DNA of 64,000 nucleotides from an uncultured delta proteobacterium (GCA_963713755.1 CAVQMW010000005.1:1588500-1652499); one strand, 5' to 3'; counted from the stretch's first letter, positions 19,850 to 31,248 are shown. Notes: generated by a model not told the origin, from the sequence alone. Numbers and translations are program-made.

Positions 19850-21043
19850 ATGACCCCCGATGAAGTCAAACAAGCCGAAAAACAATACCATTTGGGCGCC
19901 TACAAGCGGCCCGGATTTGTCCTGACCCATGGCGCGGGGGTGCATTTGTATGACGCTGCGGGCAAGGCCTATCTCGATTTTGTGGCCGGCATCGCCGTCA
20001 ATGCCCTGGGGTACGGCGATCCGGCACTGGCCCAGGCCGTCCGGGACCATGTGGATGGATTGTGGCACGTTTCCAACCTGTACTACACCGAACCCCAGGT
20101 GCAATTGGCCCGGCTGCTGGTGGAACATACCTTTGCCGACAAGGTTTTTTTCTGCAATTCCGGCACCGAGGCCATCGAGGGCGCCCTGAAAATCGCCCGT
20201 AAGTGGGGCCATGGTACTCAGGGGGCCGACTGCCACCGGGTGATTGCCATGGAGGGCTCCTTCCACGGACGCAGCTACGGCGCGCTTTCCGCCACCGGCC
20301 AGTCCAGCTTGAGGGAGGGCTTCGAGCCGATGCTGCCGGGGTTCGATTTTGCACGTTTCAACGATTTGCAGTCGGTGCGCGATCTTATTCAGCCGGAAAC
20401 CTGCGCCATTTTGCTGGAACCGGTTCAGGGCGAAGGCGGTATTTTTCCGGCTGAACCGGGCTTTTTACAAGGACTGCGTGAATTGTGCGATACCCGTAAC
20501 TGCCTGCTCATTTTGGATGAAATTCAGTGCGGTCTGGGCCGTACCGGTAAATTCTGCGCCCACCAGCATTACGGGATCACCCCGGATCTCATGGCCCTGG
20601 CCAAACCTCTGGCCGGGGGGCTGCCCATGGGGAGCATATTGATGACCGACGCCGTGGCGGAAGCCATTCAGCCCGGCAACCACGGTACCACCTTCGGCGG
20701 GGGGCCTTTGATCGCTTCCGTGGCCCATCATGTGGTGCAGCGTCTGCTCGACCCCGGCCTCCTGGCCCATGTGGCGCGCCAGGGCGCCTATCTCAAAGAC
20801 CGGTTGCAAAACTTAAAACATCACTCTTCCCAGATCGAGGAGGTGCGGGGGCTGGGTCTCATGGTCGGCGTGGCCTTGACCTGCGACCCGGCGGCGGTGA
20901 TTGAGGCCTGCGCGGCCAAAGGGCTGCTGATCTGCAAGACCGGGGGTAATGCCGTGCGTTTGCTGCCCCCGCTCATCGTTCAGCCCGAACATATTGATAA
21001 AGCCGTTGCGCTCCTGGCCCAGGTGCTGGCGGAGAGAACCTAA
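19850..21043 (+). CDS. argD: acetylornithine aminotransferase
   Basis: YLDFVAGIAVNALG, FFCNSGTEA, SFHGR, EPVQGEGG, LAKPLAGG, HGTTFGG. Confidence 0.9.
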   Translation: MTPDEVKQAEKQYHLGAYKRPGFVLTHGAGVHLYDAAGKAYLDFVAGIAVNALGYGDPALAQAVRDHVDGLWHVSNLYYTEPQVQLARLLVEHTFADKVFFCNSGTEAIEGALKIARKWGHGTQGADCHRVIAMEGSFHGRSYGALSATGQSSLREGFEPMLPGFDFARFNDLQSVRDLIQPETCAILLEPVQGEGGIFPAEPGFLQGLRELCDTRNCLLILDEIQCGLGRTGKFCAHQHYGITPDLMALAKPLAGGLPMGSILMTDAVAEAIQPGNHGTTFGGGPLIASVAHHVVQRLLDPGLLAHVARQGAYLKDRLQNLKHHSSQIEEVRGLGLMVGVALTCDPAAVIEACAAKGLLICKTGGNAVRLLPPLIVQPEHIDKAVALLAQVLAERT

Positions 21044-21390
21044 GTTATTTTTGAGCAAGCCCTAAGCATCACGTCATGCCGGAGCACCGGCAATGGAGGT
21101 TGTACTTCCACGAGATCCCCCAAAAATAAAGAATCAAACCGGATTGCCGTCTTTTGCCCGGAAGTATTCCAGTCCTATATGCTCTGCTCGTTTTTTTCAG
21201 TGTCAAATCAGCCATGGGAATCCTCCACTTGCGATCTTTCTCCCGGGTACCGGATCCTGATCTCTTCCCTTTACAGAATCCAGCCCTCCCCAAAAGAGTT
21301 GCATAATTAAGACCTTTTTGCCCCAAAAAGTAGCCTTATTGCGACTAATTAAAAGTTTCTACCATGCAACGGTCATAGCATTCTTTTTGA

Positions 21391-21445
21391 TATCAATGAG
21401 TTAAACATATTTTTCCCGCTTTTCGCTTTTGGCATGGGTGATGCT
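21391..21445 (+). promoter_or_regulatory. sigma54 promoter with upstream IHF site
   Basis: tGGcatgggtgatGCt (GG 21431-32, N10, GC 21443-44); TATCAAtgagTTA at 21391-21403 fits WATCAANNNNTTR. Confidence 0.65.
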
Positions 21446-21577
21446 CATTCATGATGGTGACGCTCGTTATTCGGGCAGCGTCAGTTCTTTTCCGGGCGGT
21501 TATCGACTCCCCGCGCTGTGGGGGTACGGTTCACCTAAATCCTGGCGAAACCCAAAGGAGCAAAAAAGGAGTGGACT

Positions 21578-22960
21578 ATGTACTTTAATCAAATCGCGGT
21601 TCCCGGGCTGGGGTGTCTTTCCTACGCGATTGGCTGTCCCCGCGCCAAAGCCATGGCGGTTGTGGATCCCAAGCGCGATGTCCAGGACTACCTGCTCATT
21701 GCCCGGGAAGAGGGGATGCGCATCACCCATGTTTTCAATACCCATGTGCATGCCGACCATGTCAGCGGCGACCAGGAACTGCGCCTGGCCACAGGTGCGG
21801 ACATCTACATTCACGAGAGCGCCCCGGTGGAATACCGGCACAAGGAGCTTTCCGAAGGGGACGTCTTTGAACTCGGTGCCGCCAAGATTGAAGTTCTGCA
21901 CACCCCCGGCCACACACCCAACTCCATTTCGCTGCTGATCACCGACAAGGCGCGCTCCCCGGAACCCGAGATGCTATTGACCGGAGACTTGCTTTTTGTG
22001 GGCGATATCGGCCGACCCGACCTGCCGGGTGCCGAGATTCTCGATGCCCAGGTGGAGAACCTCTATAACAGCCTCTATATCAGACTGGCGGACTACCCGG
22101 ATCACCTGGAGATATTTCCGGCCCATGGCGAAGGATCCCTCTGCGGCCGGGGCATGAGTGCCAAAAAAAGTTCCACCCTGGGCTATGAACGCCGGGCCAA
22201 TCCCATGCTGCGCTTTCCTTCCTTTGAGGCCTTCAAGGCCGAGGTGATGTCGGTATTTCCGGTGCGCCCGAAAAGCTTTTCCCACATCATACAAACCAAC
22301 CTCGAGGGGGCATCCACCCTGGATGCCTGTCCCATGGATAAGAATCTCACCCCCCAGCAGTTCGAGGAGATGGTCGCCGACGGCGCCGTGATTATCGATG
22401 CCCGCGATTCGGCGGCCTTTGGCGGCTTTCATATCCCGGGCAGCATCAACATCGGATTTGAAAAGCAATTGGCCAACTGGGTGGGCATGGTGGTGGACCC
22501 GACGGCTGAAATCGTTCTGGTGGTGGATGATCAGGCGGACTACGACCGCATGGTCACCGAGCTTCACCGCATCGGCTACGATCTCATTTTTGGATACCTT
22601 TCCGGCGGTATCATGGCCTGGCTGATGAGCGGCCGGGCGGTGGAACAGTTGGAACAAACCTCGCCCCAGCAGTTGGCCGCCCGCCTGGAAAACGGCAACC
22701 CTCGCATCATCGATGTGCGCACGCCGGCCGAATGGAACAGTGGCCGAATCAGATGGGCCGAGCATTTTCCCCTTTCCGATATTCTTGAAAATAAGATCCC
22801 CAAGGCGGAAAAAAACGAAGAATTGGTGCTGCAATGCGGCAGTGGATATCGCTCCAATATTGCCGCCAGCATTCTGAAACAGGCCGGTTACAGCCATGTC
22901 AAATCCCTGGCCGGGGGAATTTTCGCCTGGTCCAACGCCGGATACCTACTTACTTCATAA
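21578..22960 (+). CDS. MBL-fold persulfide dioxygenase-like protein fused to two rhodanese domains
   Basis: THVHADHVSG, HTPGHT, TGDLLFVGDIGRPDL, PAHGEGSLCG; HIPGS and CGSGYRS rhodanese motifs. Confidence 0.9.
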   Translation: MYFNQIAVPGLGCLSYAIGCPRAKAMAVVDPKRDVQDYLLIAREEGMRITHVFNTHVHADHVSGDQELRLATGADIYIHESAPVEYRHKELSEGDVFELGAAKIEVLHTPGHTPNSISLLITDKARSPEPEMLLTGDLLFVGDIGRPDLPGAEILDAQVENLYNSLYIRLADYPDHLEIFPAHGEGSLCGRGMSAKKSSTLGYERRANPMLRFPSFEAFKAEVMSVFPVRPKSFSHIIQTNLEGASTLDACPMDKNLTPQQFEEMVADGAVIIDARDSAAFGGFHIPGSINIGFEKQLANWVGMVVDPTAEIVLVVDDQADYDRMVTELHRIGYDLIFGYLSGGIMAWLMSGRAVEQLEQTSPQQLAARLENGNPRIIDVRTPAEWNSGRIRWAEHFPLSDILENKIPKAEKNEELVLQCGSGYRSNIAASILKQAGYSHVKSLAGGIFAWSNAGYLLTS

Positions 22961-22999
22961 GGCCGGGCCAATCTTGTGTCCGGTAAAAGAGGAGGTACC

Positions 23000-23611
23000 A
23001 TGAAAATCGCAATATCATCCACGGGACCCAACTTGGAGTCTCAAATCGATCCCCGTTTTGGGCGCTGTGCCTATTTTTTGATTGTGGATTCAGAAAGTGG
23101 CGCATTTGAAGTGATTCAAAACGAAGCGGCGGCCGCCAGCGGCGGGGCCGGAATTCAGGCGGCCCAGATGATCATCAATACCGGTGTGGATGCCGTGATC
23201 ACCGGCAACTTAGGCCCCAATGCCACCCAGGTCTTAAATTCATCCAATCTGAAGGTGTATCTGGGGGTATCCGGTACGGCCGGAGAGGCTGTCGCGCAGC
23301 TTTCCCAAGGGCAGCTTCAGGCGTCGTCCCCTGGGGGGGCGCAACCCACCTCTCCCGCCAAAGCCGGTACCGCCGGTACGATACCGGGAAGTGGCCCCTC
23401 AGGTGGAATGGGCCAGGGGGGCGGTCGCGGCATGGTCGGCGGCGGTCGCGGCATGGGTGGCGGCGGTGGTCGCGGCATGGGCGGCAGCCGTGGTATGGGC
23501 GGCGGCCGTGGTATGGGTGGCGGCCGCGGTATGGGCGGCGGCCGCGGTATGGGCGGCGGCCGCGGTATGGGTGGTGGCCGCGGCCGGAATCCCGGGGGTC
23601 GCGGGTTCTAA
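23000..23611 (+). CDS. NifB/NifX-family protein with Gly/Arg-rich repeat tail
   Basis: DPRFGRCAYF, GGAGIQAAQ, TGNLGPNA; C-terminal GGGRGM repeats. Confidence 0.88.
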   Translation: MKIAISSTGPNLESQIDPRFGRCAYFLIVDSESGAFEVIQNEAAAASGGAGIQAAQMIINTGVDAVITGNLGPNATQVLNSSNLKVYLGVSGTAGEAVAQLSQGQLQASSPGGAQPTSPAKAGTAGTIPGSGPSGGMGQGGGRGMVGGGRGMGGGGGRGMGGSRGMGGGRGMGGGRGMGGGRGMGGGRGMGGGRGRNPGGRGF

Positions 23612-23775
23612 GGGCTCGCGCAAAAACAACTTCCCATTGTAAGCGCCCATGCATCCCGCTCAACTACGTTGCAAAAATACACAATATGCTTGATATTCTT
23701 TAATTTTTGCGCCTTGTTGAACGGGCGCCTGAGCACTGACAATCTGCGAATTTATTTCTACGCGAACCCTAAATT

Positions 23776-24591
23776 TCAGGCGTTGTATCTTTCCAGAATC
23801 GCTTCCAAAACGGCGCCGCCCAGACCCCGAGCCTTGTCGGAAAGGGTGTTGCAATAGCGTCTGCGGCCCCGGGGATCGATATCGCCCACTTTCATGTTGG
23901 GGGTCAGCGGAGTGCCATCCCGGATCAGCCCCCGCAATACCCCGCTGATCTGGGCCAAAATGGGCTCATTGTTTACCGTTCCAATGGTTGCCCCAATATC
24001 GACGCTATCCCCCAATGAATAGTGGGCTTTAAAGAGACCGGCCGCCGGAGCGCGTAGCACCCGCTGGCTGGTATACCCGTTGATATTGCCCGGAACGCCC
24101 GTGTCCGTCGTCGCGGATCCATAAGGCAGTACCCGCCCAAAATCGTGGCCCCTCTGGGTTTCGATTACTCGCTGGACGTCCTGGCCGGCGCTAAACCCTG
24201 GCCCAAGCCCGATCACCAGGGGTGCTTCCTCCAGATGAGTCCCCAGGTTGCGTTTGGCCAGGATGGCATCGATGACCACATCAGCCGGCTGCTCACCCAG
24301 GGTGCGCCAGGTGGGGTCCACCCGCACCGCAATGCAGCCCTGGTCCCAGACTCGCGGCAGTTCACCCGCATCCTCGATCTTCACCGCGCACAGCCCCTCC
24401 ACGGTGTGCCGGCCCGCGTGAACCGCTTCACAAAAAGAGACAAGCCGCCTCACCGCCAGGGGGTGGGCCAGTTCCAGCATATAAATTTTCCGGATGCGGG
24501 CTTGATAGAGGCGCCAGGCCACCCCGCTGGCCAGATCTCCGGCCCCTTTGATGGCTACAATCAGTTCCTTGAGGGCTTTGGATGTTGGCAT
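23776..24591 (-). CDS. yqeB: selenium-dependent molybdenum hydroxylase system protein, YqeB family
   Basis: KGAGDLASG, AVRRLVSF, DAILAKRNLGT, GLGPGF, ETQRGH, KVGDIDPRG, SDKAR. Confidence 0.9.
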   Translation of the reverse strand: MPTSKALKELIVAIKGAGDLASGVAWRLYQARIRKIYMLELAHPLAVRRLVSFCEAVHAGRHTVEGLCAVKIEDAGELPRVWDQGCIAVRVDPTWRTLGEQPADVVIDAILAKRNLGTHLEEAPLVIGLGPGFSAGQDVQRVIETQRGHDFGRVLPYGSATTDTGVPGNINGYTSQRVLRAPAAGLFKAHYSLGDSVDIGATIGTVNNEPILAQISGVLRGLIRDGTPLTPNMKVGDIDPRGRRRYCNTLSDKARGLGGAVLEAILERYNA

Positions 24592-24595
24592 GGGG

Positions 24596-25690
24596 TCAGA
24601 TGGTGGGGATGCGTTGCCGGGTCTCCATGTCAAATAAGTGGATTTTTTCCGAGGGAACATTCAAATGGAGAGCTTGGTGCTTTTCAAAATGGCGGATATC
24701 GGCCAAACGCAAGGTCAGGGGCGGGGTCTCCCCGTTCAAGCTGCCGTGGACCAGGGTGTCGGCGCCCAGGGTTTCCACATGGTCCACCTCGATTCGAATG
24801 ATCGCCTCGTTTTTCGAAGCCAGCGCAAAATGTTCGGGGCGAATTCCCAGCATGACGGTTTTGCCGCTGTACCGCGGACACCCCTCACCCGGTAGGGGCA
24901 GGTGCATGGCATTGGGCAGATCCAGGCGTCGGCCGTCGCCGCTCAAGGCCACCGGCAGCAGATTCATGGCCGGCGAGCCGATGAACCCGGCCACAAACAT
25001 GGTGGCGGGCTTTTCGTATACCTCCAGGGGGGAGCCGATCTGTTCAGTGTAGCCGTTGTTGATCACCACCAGGCGGTCCCCCAGGGTCATGGCCTCCACT
25101 TGGTCGTGGGTGACGTAGATGCTGGTGACCTTGAGGGTCTCATGGAGGTTTCTAAGCTCCAGGCGCATCTGCACCCGCAGCTTGGCATCGAGGTTGCTCA
25201 GAGGCTCGTCGAATAAGAACACCTTGGGTTCCCGGACGATACAGCGCCCCATGGCCACCCGCTGTCGCTGGCCACCGGAAAGCTGGCGCGGCTTGCGGTT
25301 GAGAAATTCGGTCAATTCCAGAATCTCGGCGGCCTTTTGCACCCGTTTTTGGATCTCCCCTTTGGGCATACGGCGGATTTTCAAGCCATAGGCCATGTTT
25401 TTGTAAACGCTCATATGGGGATAGAGGGCGTAGTTCTGAAATACCATGGCGATATCCCGTTCAGCGGGCTCCCGGTTGTTGACCGGCTCTTGGCCAATAA
25501 AGATCTCTCCGCGAGTTACGGTTTCCAGGCCGGCGATCATCCGCAGCACGGTTGATTTACCACACCCCGAGGGACCCAGCAGAACGATGAATTCGCCATC
25601 GGCGATGTCGCAGCTGACGCCGTGGATCACCTCGCTCTTACCAAATGATTTGCAGACATTTTGCAGGCTTACTTGGGCCATATTCAGCAT
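24596..25690 (-). CDS. ugpC: sn-glycerol-3-phosphate ABC transporter ATPase
   Basis: GPSGCGKST, VFQNYALYPH, LSGGQRQRVAMGR, DEPLSNLDAKLR. Confidence 0.92.
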   Translation of the reverse strand: MLNMAQVSLQNVCKSFGKSEVIHGVSCDIADGEFIVLLGPSGCGKSTVLRMIAGLETVTRGEIFIGQEPVNNREPAERDIAMVFQNYALYPHMSVYKNMAYGLKIRRMPKGEIQKRVQKAAEILELTEFLNRKPRQLSGGQRQRVAMGRCIVREPKVFLFDEPLSNLDAKLRVQMRLELRNLHETLKVTSIYVTHDQVEAMTLGDRLVVINNGYTEQIGSPLEVYEKPATMFVAGFIGSPAMNLLPVALSGDGRRLDLPNAMHLPLPGEGCPRYSGKTVMLGIRPEHFALASKNEAIIRIEVDHVETLGADTLVHGSLNGETPPLTLRLADIRHFEKHQALHLNVPSEKIHLFDMETRQRIPTI

Positions 25691-25693
25691 GTC

Positions 25694-26536
25694 CTATTTT
25701 TCGGTCTCGGTCATCCCGCGCACAAACTGCTTCTGCATGAAAATCACCACCAGCACCGGGGGGATCATGGCCAGAATGGTGGAGGCCATGATGATCTGCC
25801 ATTCGGCCTGGCCCTCGCCGACGTCGAGCATGCGCTTAATGCCGATGAGCAGGGTATAGTAACTCTCGTCAGTGGTGACCAGCAGGGGCCAAAGATACTG
25901 ATTCCAGCCGTAAATAAAGAGGATAACGAACAGGGCGGCGATGGAGGTGCGGGACATGGGCAGCAGGATATCGATAAAAAAGCGGATGGGGCCTGCGCCG
26001 TCGATGCGCGCCGCCTCGCAGAGCTCATCGGGGACGGTCATGAAAAATTGGCGGAATAAAAAGGTGGCGGTGGCCGAGGCGATGAGGGGAAAGATCAGCC
26101 CCGCGTAGGAGTTGAGCATGCGCAGATCGGCCACAACCTTGTAGGTGGGGAGAATCCGCACCTCCACCGGTAGCATCAGGGTGATGAAAATCAGCCAGAA
26201 AAAGAACATCCGCAAGGGGAACCGGAAGTAGACGATGGCATAGGCGGCCAGCAGGGAGATGAAAATCTTGCCCGCGGTGATGCCCAGGGCCATGATGAAG
26301 CTGTTGAGCATCATGGTGCCAACGCTGGCGCCCACATCCCGGGGTCCCAGAGTCAGGGCTCGCGTATAGTTTTCCAGCAGATCGCCCCCCGGCAGGAGCG
26401 GAAAATAGGAGGTGATCGCATCCAGGCTGTGGGTGGAGGCCACAAAGGTGACATAGATGGGAAACGCCAGCACCACTACTCCCAGGATCAGGCTGAGATG
26501 GGTTACGAAGGTCAACCAAGGGCGGTGTTCGACCAC
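25694..26536 (-). CDS. ugpE: sn-glycerol-3-phosphate ABC transporter permease
   Basis: ITLMLPVEVRI, ASATATFLFRQFF, EAARIDG, WNQYLWPL. Confidence 0.92.
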   Translation of the reverse strand: MVEHRPWLTFVTHLSLILGVVVLAFPIYVTFVASTHSLDAITSYFPLLPGGDLLENYTRALTLGPRDVGASVGTMMLNSFIMALGITAGKIFISLLAAYAIVYFRFPLRMFFFWLIFITLMLPVEVRILPTYKVVADLRMLNSYAGLIFPLIASATATFLFRQFFMTVPDELCEAARIDGAGPIRFFIDILLPMSRTSIAALFVILFIYGWNQYLWPLLVTTDESYYTLLIGIKRMLDVGEGQAEWQIIMASTILAMIPPVLVVIFMQKQFVRGMTETEK

Positions 26537-27417
26537 TAGTAGTGCACCTTTCGTTCGATGTAGCGAAACTGGATCACTGTCAGGGAGATCACCACGGCCA
26601 TCAAAACCACCGACTGGGCGGCCGAACTGCCCAAATCGAGGCTGAGGAACCCGTCATGATACACCTTGAACACCATGATGTCGGTGGCATGATTGGGACC
26701 GCCGTCGGTGATGGTGTGAATCACGCCGAAGGTATCGAAAAAGGCGTAGACAATATTGACCACGATCAGAAAAAAGGCGGTGGGCGACAGCAGGGGAAAG
26801 ACAATGGTCCAAAAGCGCTTGCCCGGCCGGGCTCCGTCGATGGCCGCCGCCTCGATAAGAGATTTGGGGATGGCCTGCATCCCGGCCAGAAAAAAAAGGA
26901 AGTTGTAGGAAATTTGCCGCCAGGCCGCAGCGATGATCACCAGCAGCATGGCCTGTTTGCCGTTGAGGGTGTGGTTCCAATCCACCCCCGCCAACTCGAT
27001 GTAAAAGGTGATGATGCCCACGGTGGGGTTGAACAGGAAGAACCACAGCACCCCGGCCACGGCCGGCGCTACGGCATAGGGCCAGATGATCAGGGTCTTG
27101 TAGGTGGTGGCCGCTTTAATGGCCCGGTCGGCCATGGCCGCCAGGAAAAGCGCGCCGGACATGGCGATCAGGGCCACCGAGAAACTGAACACCGCGGTCA
27201 CCCCGATGGAGTTGAGGTAAAACCGGTCGGTGAAGATATAGATGAAATTGTCCAGACCTACAAAGGTGGTGGATAGGCCGAAAGCATCCTCCTGCAGCAC
27301 CGATTGATACAGGGCCTGGGACGCCGGCCAGATGAAAAAGACCAGGGTGATGATGATCTGAGGGGTAACCAGGACGTAAGGCAGAATTTTGTGGCTGAAG
27401 ACGACGCGTTTTTCCAT
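26536..27417 (-). CDS. ugpA: sn-glycerol-3-phosphate ABC transporter permease
   Basis: [37 protein letters not shown]. Confidence 0.92.
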   Translation of the reverse strand: MEKRVVFSHKILPYVLVTPQIIITLVFFIWPASQALYQSVLQEDAFGLSTTFVGLDNFIYIFTDRFYLNSIGVTAVFSFSVALIAMSGALFLAAMADRAIKAATTYKTLIIWPYAVAPAVAGVLWFFLFNPTVGIITFYIELAGVDWNHTLNGKQAMLLVIIAAAWRQISYNFLFFLAGMQAIPKSLIEAAAIDGARPGKRFWTIVFPLLSPTAFFLIVVNIVYAFFDTFGVIHTITDGGPNHATDIMVFKVYHDGFLSLDLGSSAAQSVVLMAVVISLTVIQFRYIERKVHY

Positions 27418-27626
27418 GGCCAACCCAATGATGCCTGCAACAATGGAGTTAAGGACCAGGCGGTTGCGGTCCTTTAGTCTCAAAGGCCGAAGCCGCGGTC
27501 GGTACTGCATTTTCGGCGCTGAGTCTCCGCTATCCCTCCGGACTGAGACCCGTTTTGGCTTCCGGAAGCGCCGGGTCAGGGCAGGGATCCGGAAGCCGGG
27601 ATTTGCGCCGCTATTTCCGCTCTGAA

Positions 27627-28946
27627 TTACTTGTTGGCGGCCTCGAATTTGCGCAGCAGTTTGTTGCCGGCGCTCACTACGTCATCCAGCCCCTGTTGGG
27701 CGGTTTTCTGGCCCGCGAAAATCGCCTCTAGTTCGCCGTAAATGATGTCCCGCACCTGCACGTAATTGCCAAAGCGCAGGCCTTTGGAATTTTCCGTGGG
27801 GTCATTGAGGGTCATCTGCTTGAGTGCCGTCTCCATGTCAGGTTTTTCTTTGTAGAGGCCCTGGGATTTGGCCAGCTCGTAGGCGGCCGTGGTGATGGGC
27901 AGGTACCCGGTGAACTGATGCCAGTCGGCCTGAACCTCCGGAGAAGAGATATAGTTAAAGAAGGCGGCCACTCCTTTGTACTCTTCGGCCTGGTGGCCCT
28001 CCATGACCCACAGGCTGGCCCCGCCGATGATGGTGTTCTGGGGGGCGCCGTCGACATCCGGCCAATAGGGCAGCATGCTGGTGCCGAAATCGAATTTACA
28101 GGTATCGGCAAACCCGGCGTAGCCCGCCGAGGATTCGGTGTACATGGCCACCTCCTCGGATGAGAACTTGGCGTTGCCCAGGTTGCGCCGCCCGCCGTAG
28201 ACAAAAATATTCTCTTTTTGCCAGTCGGCCAGCTGCTGGATGTGTTTCACATGCAAGGGGCTGTTGTAGAGAAATTCGGTGTCCAATCCGGCGAACCCAT
28301 TGTCCTTGGTTCCGGCGGGCACATTGTGCCAGGCACTGAAGTTTTCCAGCTGGATCCAGGAGATCCACGCCGTGGAGAACCCTCCGGGATATCCCGCGGC
28401 CACCAGCTTTTTGGCGTATTCGGCCACCTCGGGCCAGGTTTTGGGCGGTGTATTGGGGTCGAGCCCGGCTTTTTTAAAGGCATCCTTGTTGTAATACAGC
28501 ACCGGTGTCGAGCTGTTGAAGGGCATGGAGAGCATCTTGCCGTCGGTGGTGGTGTAATATCCGGTCACCGTGGGCAGATAGGCCTTGGCATCAAAGGGCA
28601 GGCCCGATTCGGCCATCACCTCATAAACCGGCTTGATGGCGCCTTCGGCCGCCATCATGCTGGCGGTTCCCACTTCAAATACCTGAAGAATGTGGGGTGG
28701 ATTCTTCGAGCGGAAGGCCGCGATCCCGGCGGTCATGGTGTCGGCATAATTGCCTTTGTAAGTCGCCACCACCTGGTAATCGCCTTGGGATTTGTTGAAA
28801 TCCTCGGCAATGGCGGTGACCTTTTCTCCCAGCCGTCCCCCGTGGGCGTGCCACCAGTTGATGGTGATAGGTTCGGCCAGCAGGGTCAATGGAAAAAGAA
28901 TCATGGTGATTAGGCCGGTGAAATAGATAATGGCTCTCGATTTCAT
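27627..28946 (-). CDS. ugpB: sn-glycerol-3-phosphate ABC transporter substrate-binding protein
   Basis: [41 protein letters not shown]. Confidence 0.92.
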   Translation of the reverse strand: MKSRAIIYFTGLITMILFPLTLLAEPITINWWHAHGGRLGEKVTAIAEDFNKSQGDYQVVATYKGNYADTMTAGIAAFRSKNPPHILQVFEVGTASMMAAEGAIKPVYEVMAESGLPFDAKAYLPTVTGYYTTTDGKMLSMPFNSSTPVLYYNKDAFKKAGLDPNTPPKTWPEVAEYAKKLVAAGYPGGFSTAWISWIQLENFSAWHNVPAGTKDNGFAGLDTEFLYNSPLHVKHIQQLADWQKENIFVYGGRRNLGNAKFSSEEVAMYTESSAGYAGFADTCKFDFGTSMLPYWPDVDGAPQNTIIGGASLWVMEGHQAEEYKGVAAFFNYISSPEVQADWHQFTGYLPITTAAYELAKSQGLYKEKPDMETALKQMTLNDPTENSKGLRFGNYVQVRDIIYGELEAIFAGQKTAQQGLDDVVSAGNKLLRKFEAANK

Positions 28947-29270
28947 ACCCTTTTCCCTCCTTTTCCGATCGGTGATTGGATTACGGAATTTCTCCTCGGT
29001 TATGATGCGCAGGCCTCCTTTCGTTGATATCTGTGCAATGATTGACAGGATGACCCATCGGGGATGAGCATTGGGATGCATGGTCCCCCCGAAAGCAAGT
29101 TGGGCTGGGTTAGAACAAGGTGGGTGCGCCACCGCGGCCAAAGCGCGGACCGGCAATTTGAATCTATAAGCTATTGCCAGACGAGTCAAGCCAGCGCGGG
29201 AATATTTCATGGGTCACGCCCGAGGCTTTTTCTGTTTTACCCCACGGACATCCATGCTAAAGCAACGGAT

Positions 29271-30287
29271 ATGGGATGCTTTGAAATTCGCCGCTTCGGT
29301 CTCCGAAACACGCTCGGCTTTTCTTTGGTTCTGGTGGGGATGCTATGGCTTTGGGGAATCAGCGAGGTTCAATCGGGTCAGGATGGTGACATGGAATCGA
29401 AACAAAATCCACTGGCGATCGGACATCGCGGGGCCGCCGGGTTGGCCCCGGAAAACACCCTGGCGGCGTTTCGCCGGGCCATCGAATTGGACGTCGATGC
29501 GGTTGAGTTGGATGTGCATCTATCGGCCGATGGAGAGCTGGTGGTTCACCATGACCCGGCCCTGAAGCCGGAAGCCACCCGGGGAGCGGATGGCAAATGG
29601 CTCACCGGCGGCGATTCAGCGCCTATCAAGCGCCTCACCCTCGGTCAGCTGAAAACCTATGATGTGGGACGGCTCAGACCCAACACGGCCTATGGGCGCC
29701 GCTACCCGGATCAACGTCCCGCGGACGGGTCCCGGATTCCCACCCTGGGCGAGGTGATCGACCTGCTCAAGGAGATCGCCGCTCCCCGGGTGGGCTTGTG
29801 GATCGAAATCAAGACCTCCCCGGAAACACCTGAGCTCACCGCTGCACCTTCTGAGATGGCCGATGCGGTGGTGAAACTTTTAAGATCGGAGCAGTTTGTG
29901 GGCCGAAGCCGAATCCTCTCTTTTGACTGGCGTTGCTTGGCCCGGGCTCAGCAAATTGCACCCGAGATCCCCACCGTCTATTTGACCTCGAAGTACAAGC
30001 CCATCAAACCGTTCGATAAGGAAACGACCATGTTGTGGTCAGCCGGTCTGGATCCCGAAACCTACCAGGGGTCCTTAATTAAAATGATTCAGGCTGCCGG
30101 CGGGCGGATCTGGGGCGCCAAATACAGTGAAATTTCGGAAGATGAGATTCAAGCGGCCCATGGGGCCGGCCTGGAGGTTTACGTCTGGACCGTGGATACG
30201 CCAGATGAGATGATTCGACTCATTGGTCAGGGTGTGGACGGGATCATCAGCAATCGTCCGGATTTGCTCCGATCGGTCCTCAAGTGA
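29271..30287 (+). CDS. glycerophosphodiester phosphodiesterase (start uncertain, alternative 29391)
   Basis: GHRGAAGLAPENT, ELDVH, HHD, IEIK, SFD, WTVD, GIISNRP; divergent from ugp. Confidence 0.9.
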   Translation: MGCFEIRRFGLRNTLGFSLVLVGMLWLWGISEVQSGQDGDMESKQNPLAIGHRGAAGLAPENTLAAFRRAIELDVDAVELDVHLSADGELVVHHDPALKPEATRGADGKWLTGGDSAPIKRLTLGQLKTYDVGRLRPNTAYGRRYPDQRPADGSRIPTLGEVIDLLKEIAAPRVGLWIEIKTSPETPELTAAPSEMADAVVKLLRSEQFVGRSRILSFDWRCLARAQQIAPEIPTVYLTSKYKPIKPFDKETTMLWSAGLDPETYQGSLIKMIQAAGGRIWGAKYSEISEDEIQAAHGAGLEVYVWTVDTPDEMIRLIGQGVDGIISNRPDLLRSVLK

Positions 30288-30468
30288 CGGGGTCGAAGGT
30301 GCGGAACACAATTTTGCAGCAGCCAAAAGCTGGGGATCTTATTTCATCTTTTTCCTTTCACGCCTTGAGGATGAGCGTGGCCTTCGGACCCAATTCACCT
30401 CCAAACCCACTCCCGCAAGATGGGGTCAATTAAAGAAGGCAGCGCGGCCCCTGGTTGCCCATCCCGGC

Positions 30469-30780
30469 TTACAATTCCCAATACCCGTCATGGAAATTGC
30501 TATACTTTTTCCTACGCTTAAAAGAGATGGCAAACCCGTCACTGGTAAGACGGGTTACGGTTCCATGCAAGGAAATGTAGCGATTTGAGTTTGGAAAGGG
30601 TAGGGTAAGTAAAAGTTCGGTGCCGATGGTGATGTTGGGCTCAGCGCTGACAAGGGCCCCTCCCCGGCTGATATTCTGAATCAAGCCCTTCCCGATATTA
30701 TAATCACTGCCATAGCTGAGCTCTGCTGTATAACGATAACGGTAGTCTGCGCGTTGATCGATCGGTTTCCCCCTTGTCAT
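30469..30780 (-). CDS. single-domain PilZ protein
   Basis: RxxxR (RADYR) and NxSxxG (NISRGG) c-di-GMP motifs; GGAGG RBS; AT-richer than flanks. Confidence 0.8.
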   Translation of the reverse strand: MTRGKPIDQRADYRYRYTAELSYGSDYNIGKGLIQNISRGGALVSAEPNITIGTELLLTLPFPNSNRYISLHGTVTRLTSDGFAISFKRRKKYSNFHDGYWEL

Positions 30781-31063
30781 CCTCCATCCCCTGTCTTGTT
30801 TTGCTGATGCAAATGAAAACGGATTATCAATCCATAACTGCGCCCAAATATTCAATAATTATGCCAGAAAACCATTGCGGCCCAAACTCTATACATTCCA
30901 TAAGTTTATGGTTTCCCATGAAAAATATTCCACTTCATGGATCTAAACTATTTATGTAATTGATTTCACATTATGAAGGGGTTTACATACCTGCAACGCC
31001 CAACCCATCCGCCGTTTGCAAGTGTTACTTTCACCGAAGGCCTTCTCCGCCCGATCAACCGCA

Positions 31064-31100
31064 CCAAAAATGGGGTGGTTAAACGACACCCCATTTTTGG
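31064..31100. repeat. perfect 14-bp inverted repeat
   Basis: ccaaaaatggggtg-N9-caccccatttttgg. Confidence 0.8.
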
Positions 31101-31248
31101 GGGAGTCCGCTCGCCGCAATTTTAGGGTGAGTGAATGCCGGTTCCTTCGGGGCTCGGTTTTTTTGTTTGACTAAATTAGGCCATTGCAGTCTATTAGAAT
31201 GGTGGCAAGTACAGTTGGAATAATTAAACCTCAGGAAAAGGAGACACT

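Noticed and set aside
23417-23585. Tandem repeats as a possible CRISPR array
   Set aside because: These are 18-nt coding repeats (GGGRGM) with no unique spacers, and no cas genes are present.
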